The notes beneath the pieces were generated by a model. That model was not told the origin of the DNA, ran no database searches, and was given only the letters and a program-made list of their open reading frames with translations. A stretch of DNA of 64,000 nt from Chlorokybus atmophyticus (lineage: Eukaryota > Plantae > Mesostigma and Chlorokybus algae). A program made the position numbers and the translations under genes. The stretch is taken from NCBI GenBank assembly GCA_009103225.1, contig RHPI01002090.1, positions 644,414 through 708,413 on the forward strand, given 5' to 3'. This document shows positions 19,818-30,950 of this stretch, in pieces. Position 1 is the stretch's first letter; every line of letters begins with the position of its first letter.

Positions 19818-22531
19818 ATGGAAGGTGTCCTGCCGATGGGCGTGCTCGCCGACTCTTACAAGGCGGCGCACTTCACCATGTACCCTGCAGCCACCAAAAT
19901 GGTGGCTTATGGCGAATTCAGACATGTGAGTGTAGTGGACCTTGCTACCACTTTACAGTCGTCTTTGGCAGTGCTGCCTTGCATGCTTGCTGTGACGTGA
20001 CTGAGTTTCTTGCATTGCAACAGGGGTTCAACAAAGACAACAAGGACACGCGCATGCTGTTCTACGGGATCAGGTACCTGGTGGAAAAGTATTTGCACAG
20101 AAAGTGGACGGAGAAGGATGTGGACGACGCTGCTCTCTTCTTCTCCACACACAACGCCCCCTCTTCCAAGCCTTTCCCGTTTCCCAAGGAACTATTCATG
20201 AAGTAAGCTGATTTACAGACTCTCATACACATGCAACCATGCCTCGTAGCCTTTACCTCAGATGCAGGGAAGACAATGCAAGCCTGCATTTGAGTGTATC
20301 TTTGTCAGGATTGTCACGGAAAATGATGGCTACTTTCCCGTGAAGCTGGAGGCGCTACCGGAAGGCACCGCGATCAACTCGCATGTGCCAGTGTACCAGA
20401 TCACCGCAGAGGGGGAGTACACACCGCTGTGCACGTTCTTTGAGACCCTGCTCACCATGGTGTGGTACCCCACCACTGTCGCAACCCTGTCCCGTCGTGC
20501 CAGGTATTGTGTGAGTAAGTGTAGTGTGTCATGTTTATGCCATGTGGAGTGTGCAATGCTGGTGGTTCAGATGATGTGTGTCACAGGGACACGATTGAGG
20601 CGGCCTTTGAGCGCAGTGTGGTTGGCGGCAAGAATAATAACCCGCTGCTGCGGAGTCGGCTGCACGACTTTGGCATGCGTGGATGCACTTGCTTGGAACA
20701 GGTAGTTGACCACGAAGTGTGCTGTGTTGACATGGCTCAATCACTACTTGTGTCATCCATACGCTTTGACCACGGCAGGCGGTGCTGGGTGGGTGCGCTA
20801 ATCTGATCAACTTCGAGGGCACAGACACGATGCCGGCGGGATATTACGCCCAGTTTGTGCTAAATGAGGGCAAGCCTGTCTGCGCCAGCATCCCGGCCAC
20901 CGAACACTCGGTAATGACTTCGTGGCCCACAGAGCAAGCTGCCATTGAAAACATGATCAAGTGAGTTCTTTCATCTGCTTGACGAGATGTAGGCTTGCCA
21001 GCTTTGTTGTTGATGAGTGATGTACAGCGCAACTTTCAAGTACACGTGATGGGGTAATGTGCCATCCTGCAGCCTACATGTTGTGACCGTCTGCTTGGTT
21101 GTTGCTGCGACAGGCACCATGGAGATGGTTTGTTTGCGTGCGTGATGGATTCATACGACTATGCGGCAGCTCTGTCCGAGGTGCTGCCCGCCGTGGCTTC
21201 CAAGAAAATTGAAAAGGGCGGTTTTTTTATTCTGCGTCCTGACTCCGGCGACCAGCGTGAGGCGGTTCTCATGGCTCTCCACGCTGCCGACAAGGTCTTT
21301 GGATCTGACATCAACGAAAAGGGCTACAAGGTACATATGCGCTTGCTTGAAGTCTGAGGCGCAAGGCCTGGGCAAGCAGAAAGTCAAGGAGGCATGCATC
21401 TATTATGCACAAATGTATCATGGTCGCTGGTAATGGTGTCTGTGCGTAGCGAAGTTTTTAAGCCTCACCTGATAGCTGCTGCTTCTGTCCGCGCAATACT
21501 GTTATCCGAGCGTTACCCAGGCCTCTTTCTTGCCTTGAACTCGCTCACCCAGCAGCGCCAGCGTTGCACACTACTCATGTTCTAGGCTGATGCTTCGTTG
21601 TTACTATCGTCTCAGGTGCCGCGGGGTTGTGGCGTGATCCAAGGTGACGCTGTTACGCCTGCCTCCCTGGTGGCCATCCTGGACGCCGCCATGGATGCTG
21701 GTTTCAGTGCGCAGGCCGTTGCATTTGGCATGGGTGGAGGACTCCTTCAAAAGGTAATGCATGCCACGATAATTGCATCCATTGTGTGTCTGGTCTTGTG
21801 CTGGTAGAGTATTGACTTGATAACAAATTCAGGTCAACCGAGATACCATGTCGTTTGCAACCAAGCTCAGCTACATCAGGTATGCCGATGGCACGGACAG
21901 GCAGATCATGAAAGCGCCCAAGACTGACGCCAGCAAGTTCTCCCTCCCTGGCATCCTCCAGGTAAACATTGCTTTATGACAACCTCAGCAGTCACTAACA
22001 ACGCCAGTGGTGACACTGTGCCATCGCTTGCTCCAACGCAGGTCAAGCGGGATGATGGCGTGCCAACAGTCTACCCCGTGCCACCGTCGGGAGAGACCTT
22101 CAGTGCGGAAGAGAACTTGCTGAAGGTCAGTGCCATGCTGCGCGCGCATGTGCCTCTTGCTTTATGCAAGTCACCTTGGACATGGTTGCGCCATGGTGGT
22201 GCACGACAAACTCTACAAGCTTTTGCTGGCGTTGCCACCCTGATGCATCAAGTGCCCTGGTACGCCAATTTCGCGTATTCATGTGTGCATGCTGTTGTGG
22301 CAGGTCGTGTATGATAAGCGTCCGGTTGGCGTGAAATGGGGGACATTTGATGAGCTGCGAGAGCGCGCAGCAAAGGAGTGGGCAGCGCTACCGCCAGCGG
22401 CGGACCCGCTGAGTCAGGACATGAAGGATGCCATCATCAAATGCCGTGCCCGCATTTATGCTCAGGACGCGCATGTGGATTTGAATGGGCACGTGAAGAC
22501 GCTCAGCCGGGTGTTGGCAGGGGCTAAGTGA
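19818..22531 (+). CDS. NAMPT: Nicotinamide phosphoribosyltransferase, multi-exon
   Basis: LADSYKAAH, YGEFR, GYFPVKLEALPEGT, ETLLTMVWYPTTVATLSRR, RLHDFGMRG, SIPATEHSVMTSW, VMDSYD, LRPDSGD, GVIQGD, AFGMGGGLLQKVNRDTMSFATK. Confidence 0.93.
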
Positions 22532-23420
22532 TACAATCCTGAATATGTATAGCGGAGTATTATTCTACGCCGTTATTAGGTTGTGCGTGTCTACTAGCAG
22601 TAGCGGAATAATGTGTGCCATTGCATTCAATGAAGTTTTTCCTTCATGTAATTTCAGTTGTAGTATGCAGTTGGGTTGATGCTCTGCTCATGCACACTGC
22701 CAACACTGGCGTGAATGTTAGTTCGTCTGTCGGGTGACTGTGCATGCAACAGTTCATGCGTGTTACTGCAGAGATGCACGAGCAGTGGTCTGACACACAT
22801 GTGTCAGACCAATGCATGCTTGTGTATATCTGTGCAGCACAGTACTGCGCATGTTGGACAGTGTATGGTCAAGTAGCACATGCAGTATCAACGGTTTGCG
22901 CGCAGCATGTGTGTGCCAGTGCGTGCTGAGGTTGGTGTGTACAAAGTATGCAATGAGATGTATGGTACAAGCACGAGAAATGCATGACAAGCAAGCACAG
23001 CAACCAAGAACAGCGTTTGTATTCACCACCGGGCTAAGCATACAATACTACTAGTTATCTACACTTACTACCGCCCGCAAACCCCGTTAGACATACGTGC
23101 ATGCGTAGTTCATCACCTAATTACCTGCTTACAGTGCCTGGATGGCATGAGGTGCATGAACTGTGTTCACCATTAAGGTTTAGAGTTTGTTATGATTGCA
23201 GTCGAGGGTGAGGATAGTATAAATTGAGTACAACCTTTAACAACACGAAGCATGACTGCCTGTGTGATTGAAGTTCGCCAAATTGATATATTGATGTCGT
23301 GTCACTCGTTCACATTGTGAGCTTCACACCGGCCCCTCCAATACCCTTTGGTTTTGCGAGGAGGGTACACTAAGTTGCGCTATGTGGCCCTTTCTCATAG
23401 AGACTTGCGCCCCCGCGCCN

Positions 23421-24309
23421 GCATGCAACATGCACAGCATACAACATACACACGCAATGGTTGAGCTTGTCTTGCGCAGTACCGCTAGAGAACTGACTTG
23501 AGAGTAGCCTTTACCGATAGGACGCTGGCTGCCTCGGCTCCAAGCCGTAACTTGGGTCTTACCAGAAAGACCAGCCCGGACTGTGCCAGTTCTAACTGCC
23601 TGCAGCCTATACAGTACTGCGTGTAGAGTAGCTTATCGTCAGTAGATATCATATTTGTGCGAATACAACCCCCCCTTACAAACAAAGCTTCCCCCTATAT
23701 TTTAGGGGGGGTGTTGAATTAAGGGGGGGGGGGGGGGGGGGNNNNNNNNNNNNNNNNNNNNNNNNNNNNNNNNNNNNNNNNNNNNNNNNNNNNNNNNNNN
23801 NNNNNNNNNNNNNNNNNNNNNNNNNNNNNNNNNNNNNNNNNNNNNNNNNNNNNNNNNNNNNNNNNNNNNNNNNNNNNNNNNNNNNNNNNNNNNNNNNNNN
23901 NNNNNNNNNNNNNNNNNNNNNNNNNNNNNNNNNNNNNNNNNNNNNNNNNNNNNNNNNNNNNNNNNNNNNNNNNNNNNNNNNNNNNNNNNNNNNNNNNNNN
24001 NNNNNNNNNNNNNNNNNNNNNNNNNNNNNNNNNNNNNNNNNNNNNNNNNNNNNNNNNNNNNNNNNNNNNNNNNNNNNNNNNNNNNNNNNNNNNNNNNNNN
24101 NNNNNNNNNNNNNNNNNNNNNNNNNNNNNNNNNNNNNNNNNNNNNNNNNNNNNNNNNNNNNNNNAATCATGCAAGGGGGGGGGGGGGTGTAATAGGGGGG
24201 GGTTGTATTCAACGAAATATGGTAAGCTACTCATAGTCCTCATAGACAAGCTAACTACATATAAATCATAAAAGCCATAAACCATACATACCATAATCAA
24301 TTTTCAACA
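23421..24309 (-). repeat. 3' LTR of the Copia element (contains MITE and assembly gap; outer ~17 bp lost at n 23420)
   Basis: Aligns by eye with 30638-30945. Minus-strand PPT gggag is followed by TGTTG at 24309. Confidence 0.8.
23649..24222. mobile_element. TA-flanked Tc1/mariner-pogo (Tc2-like) non-autonomous element inserted in the 3' LTR
   Basis: TA|tcatatttgtgcgaatacaaccccccc ... gggggggttgtattcaacgaaatatgg|TA form imperfect inverted ends. Removing it gives agtagaTAagctactc, matching actagaTAagctactc in the other LTR. The interior is mostly N. Confidence 0.8.
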
Positions 24310-24445
24310 CTCCCACGCAAGTAGCTTAGCTAGCTTCTTGCTCTAGGTCTTCAAGCCTTCGCTTCAACTTCAATGCCAAGTCCTTCACATCATGTTTTCC
24401 ACTTCGCAGTGGACAATGCTTTGGTCAGGAAGTCTGACAGCATGT

Positions 24446-24778
24446 GCTAAGTCCAAGGGGGGGCCAAGTGTCGTTGTCCTGTGTCGTTATCATCGTCGTC
24501 CTTGTGGTCGTGCATGCACCTAGCGCTGTGGGCCTCTGCATTTTGCAGGTAGTGCTTGAGTTGCCCTCAGTCTGCTTGCTACTGTACACGCCGACTTGCT
24601 GCTGCTGCTGCTGTTGCTGCTTGAGAGTCTAGTGTTGGGTTAGTAGTTGGGTTGAGTTAGCGTCAGTTGTGTTTTAGCTCTGCCATGGGCTCCATATAAT
24701 CGTGTGACTGCTTGCTGCTTGCTGCTTTGTGCCCTACTATCACCAATTGCGAGTTGCCTTGTGCAACCTTTGTGTCTT
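24446..24778. mobile_element. 333-bp insertion in the Copia RNase H region, 4-bp duplication ATGT, no TIR
   Basis: ATGT at 24442-45 and 24779-82. Excision restores the minus-strand frame RTNDMLSDFLTKAL. Confidence 0.65.
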
Positions 24779-26417
24779 ATGTCATTAGTTCTGCAATAAC
24801 TGAACTACAACACTCCTCTAGCCACTCTGTCTCTCACAAAGTGATGATGCACATCGATGTGCTTGCTTTTTGCTGAGAGGATTGGGTTCTTCGGCAACTT
24901 CACAGCTCCCTGATTGTCGCGGTTCAAGTTGAAGTTCAAGCTCTTTTTAGGGTGTCCTAGATCCGCCATCGGTTTCCCGAGCCGAAGTGACTCTTTTGCA
25001 GCTGAAGTAGATGCCATATACTCTGCTTTTGTAGTGCATGCAGCCACGTTAGGCTGTCACTTGCTGTTTAAGCTAATCACCCCACCAAGCTTGTACACTT
25101 AGCCAGTGGTTGACTTCCGTGTGTCAACATCACCAGCATAGTCTGCATCACAGTAGCCTTCCAGTTCCACACTGCCCTGGCCATTGTTGATGCCCATTGC
25201 TGCTGTTTTTAACAGCTAGCGCAACACTCCCTTTGCTGCCAACCAATACTGCATCGTCAGGGCTGACATGTAGCGTGCTAACTGTCCCACAGCATGTGCA
25301 ATAACTAGCCTTCATGCCACCAACAAGTAGAGAAGGCTGCCAACAAGCTAATAGTAGGGATACCGCTGCTTGTTCAACTCCTCATCATCAATACTGTTGC
25401 TGGCTCTGACCAACTGAGCTCCCACGCTCAGGGGTAGCTCGCTCTTTGCAACATCCAGACCAAACTTTGCCACCGACTACTTCACTATTGTTCTTGAGTA
25501 ATACAGATAACTCTTGAAGTCTCTATTCCTTGTGACAACCATACTGAGAAAGTATGTGATCTTGACCAAGTCCCCTGCCCTTAAATGCAGTCTTCAGCTG
25601 GGTCTTCACTCGCTGAACAGCTGACAATCCTGCTGCCGCGATCAGAATGTCATCCACGTATACCAACAACCACATCCTCTTGTTCTCGTGAATGAACAAG
25701 TTGGGATCACCCAGACTTGCAGTGAAGCCTTGTTTCTTTAGCTCTTTGCAGAGCTCACATGCCATATCGTTGGTGCTTACTTGAACCCGTACAATGCCTT
25801 GACCAGCCTGCATGTGGTACCAGGAGGTGCCTTCAAACCCTTTGATTGCTAAACGTAGATCACCTTAAGCTCACCACACTGGAAAAGATGTCTTGACTTA
25901 AATGTGATAAACTCCAGGTTGTCCATAGCAACAACTGCCACCATAGCTCTGAAAGTTGCCAACTTCCCAGCTGGAGCAAATACTTTATTGAAGTCAACTT
26001 TTGGCTGTTGCAAAAATCCCTTGACAATGAGCATGGCTTTGTATCTCTCGATGTTGCCTTGACCATCTTGCTTCACCTTGTACACCCGCTTGACAGAGAT
26101 GGGCTTCGTTCCTGCCAAAATCTTCCTGGGGGTGGAACCACCAGCTCTCACCTACCGTGAGCATGCAGCGACGCAATCTCTTCATCCATTGCTGTTAATG
26201 AACTTGCAAGAAATGACTGCGCATGACACCAATGACACCATGCTGATATCTCTCATGCCATGGATATGCTCGCTGGCTGCTTTCCACATATTGATATCGT
26301 TAGGAGCCTGCTTGTAAGACAGCTCCTCCAGGATCTTTGTTACAGCACCGTGCGTGCGTGACGTACATGCGACCTGTTCCTAATATAGTTGGCTGTTATG
26401 ACTGCTGCTGCCCACAA

Positions 26418-27935
26418 CGTCGCAAATCTTTCGGCATGACTGACTAGGGACTAAGGGACAGACCCCGCCTGACCCTAACGGACCCTAACGACTTGGGCCA
26501 TAAAGGGACTGAGTGGGTTGCCGATGCATATCAAGGACAAGTTAGTAACGGCCGGCCGCTTGTCGTACGCGATACTGGACTCTTGGTTGCCGGTCATGAC
26601 CTTCAAGCAACTTGAGATGACGGCCGACACTATTGTACAGGACACGCGGCGGCTACTTACTTTTAATAGCAATTAGGTGACCTCTCGTGCCCCCAATGGC
26701 GACGAATGATACCCATCAGTCCCCTTACACCGGCGGCCGGCCACCTACCGTACAAAGCCCGTGGCGGCGACACGTCTGAATTGGTAAGCAAGTCTCCGCT
26801 TAGTCCCAACTTAGGGACGAGCGATGGCGGCGAGTTGGGACAGTGACATAAAAGTCCAGAACAGTTGACTGGAACGCTTAATGGACTTAGCGATGGTAAT
26901 ATTGTACCATGGCACAATCGTACCAGTTGATAGTACAATAGCGCCATTGAAGCCGTTGAGCGTTTGCGCGTTTGAAACGCTGCTGCTGCCCAAGTAGCAA
27001 CGCTTCAAACGCACAACGGCTTCAAGCAAGTTGGGCAAGTGGGCGGCGGCGGCGGTGGCGGTGGCGGTGGCAGTGGCGGCAGCGGTGGCGGCGACGGCGG
27101 CGGCGGCGACCATGGCAAAGTACGTGAGACTGTTTGCATGTGTATATACGTGTAGATGCCGTTGTGTTGAGCGCAATAGCGCAGCCTCACCGCCATGCTT
27201 GCCGAGCCGATCAGGCCGACTAGGCTTGGCCAGGCCAGGGGGCGGCGGCGGCGGCAATGGCATAGTAGGTGAGTTTGTTTGTGTGTGTGTGTGTATGTAT
27301 AATGCCGTTGTGTTGCATAACAGCCTGACTTCTCTGCTTGCTAAGCAGGCGGAGGTGATGGAGCGGCGACAAGGCGGCGGCGACGGAGGAGGAGCGGCGG
27401 CGCAGGAGCGAAGGAGCGGAGGAGCGGCGACTTAGATTATGATTTAGTATAAGGGTAGTATAAGGGTAGTGGAGAAGTAGAAGTAGTAGTAGTAGCAGTT
27501 TACAGTATACCATAGCAAAATCATATAATGTATTATTAATGTCTTTTTATTTTTGAATTGCAATTTTGCTTGTCACATGCCGTCTCTAACAGTACCTAAA
27601 CTGTACTTAAGCTTGTTGGTACCTTAAAAAGTAACGTCATGTACCATAAGGTACTTTACAGGTACCTGATAGTTAGGTACCTTCGACGTATAGTCGCTTG
27701 TACCTAACTGTTGGGTATCGGTTGGTTAGGTCAAGTCTCCTTTGCTTACAGGTACCCATCAGTTAGGGTCAGTCCCTTTATGCAGACGGCCGCCGACTGA
27801 TGGTAACGGCCGTCATACTTAGGTCTTTGTATCGAGGTTACAGGTGGACTGAGCCACGACAGTGTAAATGAGTATCCTCAGGTGCACGGCCGTTGTCAAT
27901 ATTTAGTTGGCCGGCAGGGGAGACATTTTGCCACG
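26418..27935. mobile_element. 1518-bp non-coding short-TIR element inserted in the Copia integrase, AA/TT 2-bp duplication
   Basis: AA|CGTCGCAAAT...TTTTGCCACG|AA. Excision restores aaa ctg gag tac tgc ttg tgg gca gca (KLEYCLWAAAVITANY). Perfect 14-bp subterminal inverted pair at 26499-26512 / 27769-27782. Confidence 0.8.
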
Positions 27936-29556
27936 AAGCAGTACTCCAGTTTCACATCACTGATCATCGCTCTCACTCATCTTTCAGAGTTAAGTCCAGC
28001 CTCTATGCTGCGCCATTCAACTGCGGAGTGTATGGAGAAGTTGTATAATGAACAATGCCATGTGTAGACCAGAAGAACGCCAACGCCTTATGCAAAAAAT
28101 CTCCTCTTATGTCATTGTGCATTGTTTTCACACCGTGCCATGTTTGCATATTTATTTCAAGCAATACCTCGTTCACCACACAGATGTTATACCAGACTTC
28201 AACTTTACATGACACATAATGGACACCTTTACTAAGTTGTTAAGGAAAGTGACAGCGTACGCAGCTCCCCCCTTCGACTTCTCAGATAGTGAACCACAAA
28301 CACCTATGTGCACCAGCTTCTTCACGTGCTCGCTGACGTTCTGCCTTTGCATCTTAGAGAACACAAATGGCGTACAACACTCCCTTGGCTTCTTTGCCTT
28401 GCTGCTTGGTCACATTGATGCCTTTCATTAAATCTTTAGCAATCAGCCTTTTTAGGTTGTCATAGCCAGATGACCAAATCTTCTGTGCCAAAGCCGGTGC
28501 CGACGACGTAGCCACTAACGCAGCATCGTTTCTGCCTGCTCTATCTTGTAGAGACCTCCGGGCTATTCCCTTGCAATCAGGCATAAATTGCCATTAAATA
28601 GTAGCCAGCACGTGCCTCCTTTTTCAGATTGTTTGGCACCAGCCTTCACAGAGCCGTTTGAACAATAAGAGGCTTGCTTGCACATCATCGTACATGGACA
28701 ACTGTCTTCAACTCCACTCTTGTACACCTTCTCCAACCTTGCACTGAAGCACGGCACTGCATATACCCTTCACATACAGAGTATGTCAGAAGGCATCCAA
28801 CGTCCGTGGTGTCACGTGAGTCTTGTACTCGTGAAGTAGATCAGCATCAAAAGTCAGATGCTTAGTACAGCAAGAATCAAACACCTATTAAAGACAATGC
28901 CGGCTTGTGGATGCTGTGAAGGCAACCGCACCTCCACCACCACCTTTATGAGCGTGCCCTTCTCAGCCTTATCCTTCAGCTGCAAACAATCCCTCTTCAG
29001 ATGACCCTCCTACTTGCAAAGAAAACATTTGCCCTTGAAGGCCTTCTTCATCAACTTTCCCTTGCCACCATTGTTGCTACCACTATTGTAGTTGTTAAAT
29101 TTGCCTCGTTGCTGCTTGCATCTCCACTAGTCTTCCATGTCGCTAAGTAGGCACTTGCATCACCATCAGCATCATTGTTCTTGATCCTTGACTCTGTCTT
29201 CTGCAGCACAGGAAGAATCTCACTTAGTTTCAACTTTGTTGATGCACTCCTTCCTTCCAAAGGAGTCCAGCATGATCACCAAATTCATACTTTATATGCA
29301 GCCCAGACAGCACGTTCAGAGTCTGAACTTCAGATACAGATCATCCTCCGAGACAGTCTCTCCAATAGAGGTTAAATCATTCCTGAGCTGTTGTGCACGT
29401 CTTATATACTTTGTAACTGTCTTTGAACTTAGCTTTTTAAAACTGTTAAATGCTTGCTTTAGCTCAATGTAACGACCAACAGAGCGTGTGGCAAACAGAT
29501 TTGTTAAATGCTTCCCATGCTACTTTGGCATCAGAGCATGATTGCAGCATTGGCCT

Positions 29557-30208
29557 ATAGAACGGCTTGTGTGACGGTGCTCGTGCCTTGTCACCTGTGA
29601 GTGGGTCCAATCAACCCTCTCACTAAGGCATGATATTCACACCGGAACCTTGCCCCCTCTGCCAGGCACACACGCGCGCCCCGCCACTCGCGTACGCACT
29701 CGAAGCTACACATCAATTTGTGTAGCGCCTTGGATCGTTACACAAGCAAGCATACACTAGTGGACACACGCTAGCAACCCTTGCTAACCACCACCAGGCT
29801 GGCATACAAGAAACTAGGGAGCTAAAGGTTGTATTGCACATTGTAGAATGTTGCTTTTATACCTACCAGTCTGCACATGCTACTGTCTAGACAATTCCCG
29901 TGCTACAAAAAACTGGATGCTAACATGTTATTGCAGAACCTTGTAGTATACTTCTAGACCTTTCTTACGCACTAAAGATCTCCTGAGTAAGTGCTCATAT
30001 GGTGAAGTTATACTAATTGGCGCCAGGCCCTTCCATAAATCTGGTCGAGCCCTTCTCGCCTGGCCCTCCGTTTTCTGGCACCTTCCGGACTGGTCCTGGC
30101 CCCCCAGTCGATATCCGCGGCAGACTTATAACTCGCCGATATCTGCCACAAGTCATGAAAACGCGTGGCTCAATATATGGGCCAACAAAGGTCCTAAAAT
30201 TATGAAAC
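29557..30208. mobile_element. 652-bp insertion in Copia gag, 7-bp duplication TTGGCCT, no TIR
   Basis: TTGGCCT at 29550-56 and 30209-15. Excision restores gag frame VELxQSRPMLQSCSDAKVAWEA. Confidence 0.75.
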
Positions 30209-30607
30209 TTGGCCTCGACTGTTACAACTCAACATGCATGCACATCAAAGCCAAAGCACGCATACTCTTGTTCTTCCAAGAAGCAAACTCATTCCCAGGT
30301 GCTTCACTTAGCTTTGGGTCTATGTAGTCTCAAAATTCCTTGTAAATCACCTTCATCTTCATGTCGAAGCTCCAGCTGACGTAGTTGTCATCTCCAAGGG
30401 CTTTCATGGTATACTTCTCCTTCGCTGCATCCATTGTGGTTGCCATCGGATTCTCAAAGGCGCTCAACCTTCAACAAACTTTCAGCAGACCTCTTGCCGG
30501 TTTGCCTACCCTCTTAAAACAGCTCCACGAATACTTGCAATTTTGCAACAACTTAAAACATAGAGGACAATATGTCTTTTGAACTACACACAGCTTTAGC
30601 ATGGGTG

Positions 30608-30620
30608 TGGGCCCATAACC
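30608..30620 (-). promoter_or_regulatory. Copia primer-binding site GGTTATGGGCCCA (half-molecule tRNAi-Met type)
   Basis: Minus strand reads ...tcaaca|GGTTATGGGCCCA, the PBS type known from Drosophila copia and algal Copia elements. Confidence 0.85.
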
Positions 30621-30950
30621 TGTTGACTGGAGCTATTGCATGCAACCATGCATGTTATACAACATAATCACGCAATGGTTGAGCTTGTACTTTGCAGCAC
30701 CGCCAGAGAACTGACTCGAGAGTGGACTGTACTGATGGGACGCGGGCTGCGTCGGCTTTAGGCCCAAATTTGGGTCTTGCCAAAATGACGAGCCCAGACT
30801 ATGCCAAACCCAACTGCAGCCTATACACAACTGCAGTGTAGAGTGGCTCACTTAATGACACTAGATAAGCTACTCAGAGTTCAAATAGACAAGCTGGCTG
30901 CATACAAGGCATGAAAGTCATAAACCATACATACAAGATGATCTATCCCC
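30621..30950 (-). repeat. 5' LTR of the Copia element (outer end runs into a gap)
   Basis: Direct-repeat homolog of 23421-24309 minus the MITE. Ends ...TCAACA on the minus strand immediately before the PBS. Confidence 0.8.

Larger units (their letters stand above)
23421..30950 (-). mobile_element. Decayed Ty1/Copia LTR retrotransposon with nested insertions
   Basis: Minus-strand order is gag (LGDDNYVSWSFDMKM; AKVAWEA; CFLCKxEGHLKRDC), protease, integrase (YTTSPYTPQLNGAA; LWAAAVITANYIRNRS), RT (VYKVKQD...ERYKAMLIVKGFLQ...VFAP; LLVYVDDILI) and RNase H (AEYMA; DNQGA; SKHIDVHHHFVRDRV; LSDFLTKAL). Many stops and frameshifts. Confidence 0.95.

Noticed and set aside
23676-24300. ORFs of X residues here and at 40925-41417 and 59357-59569
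   Set aside because: They span N gaps and are not evidence of coding.
26811-27513. Ala/Pro/Gly-rich ORFs within the 1.5-kb element
   Set aside because: Produced by GCC tracts; no transposase or other domain motif.
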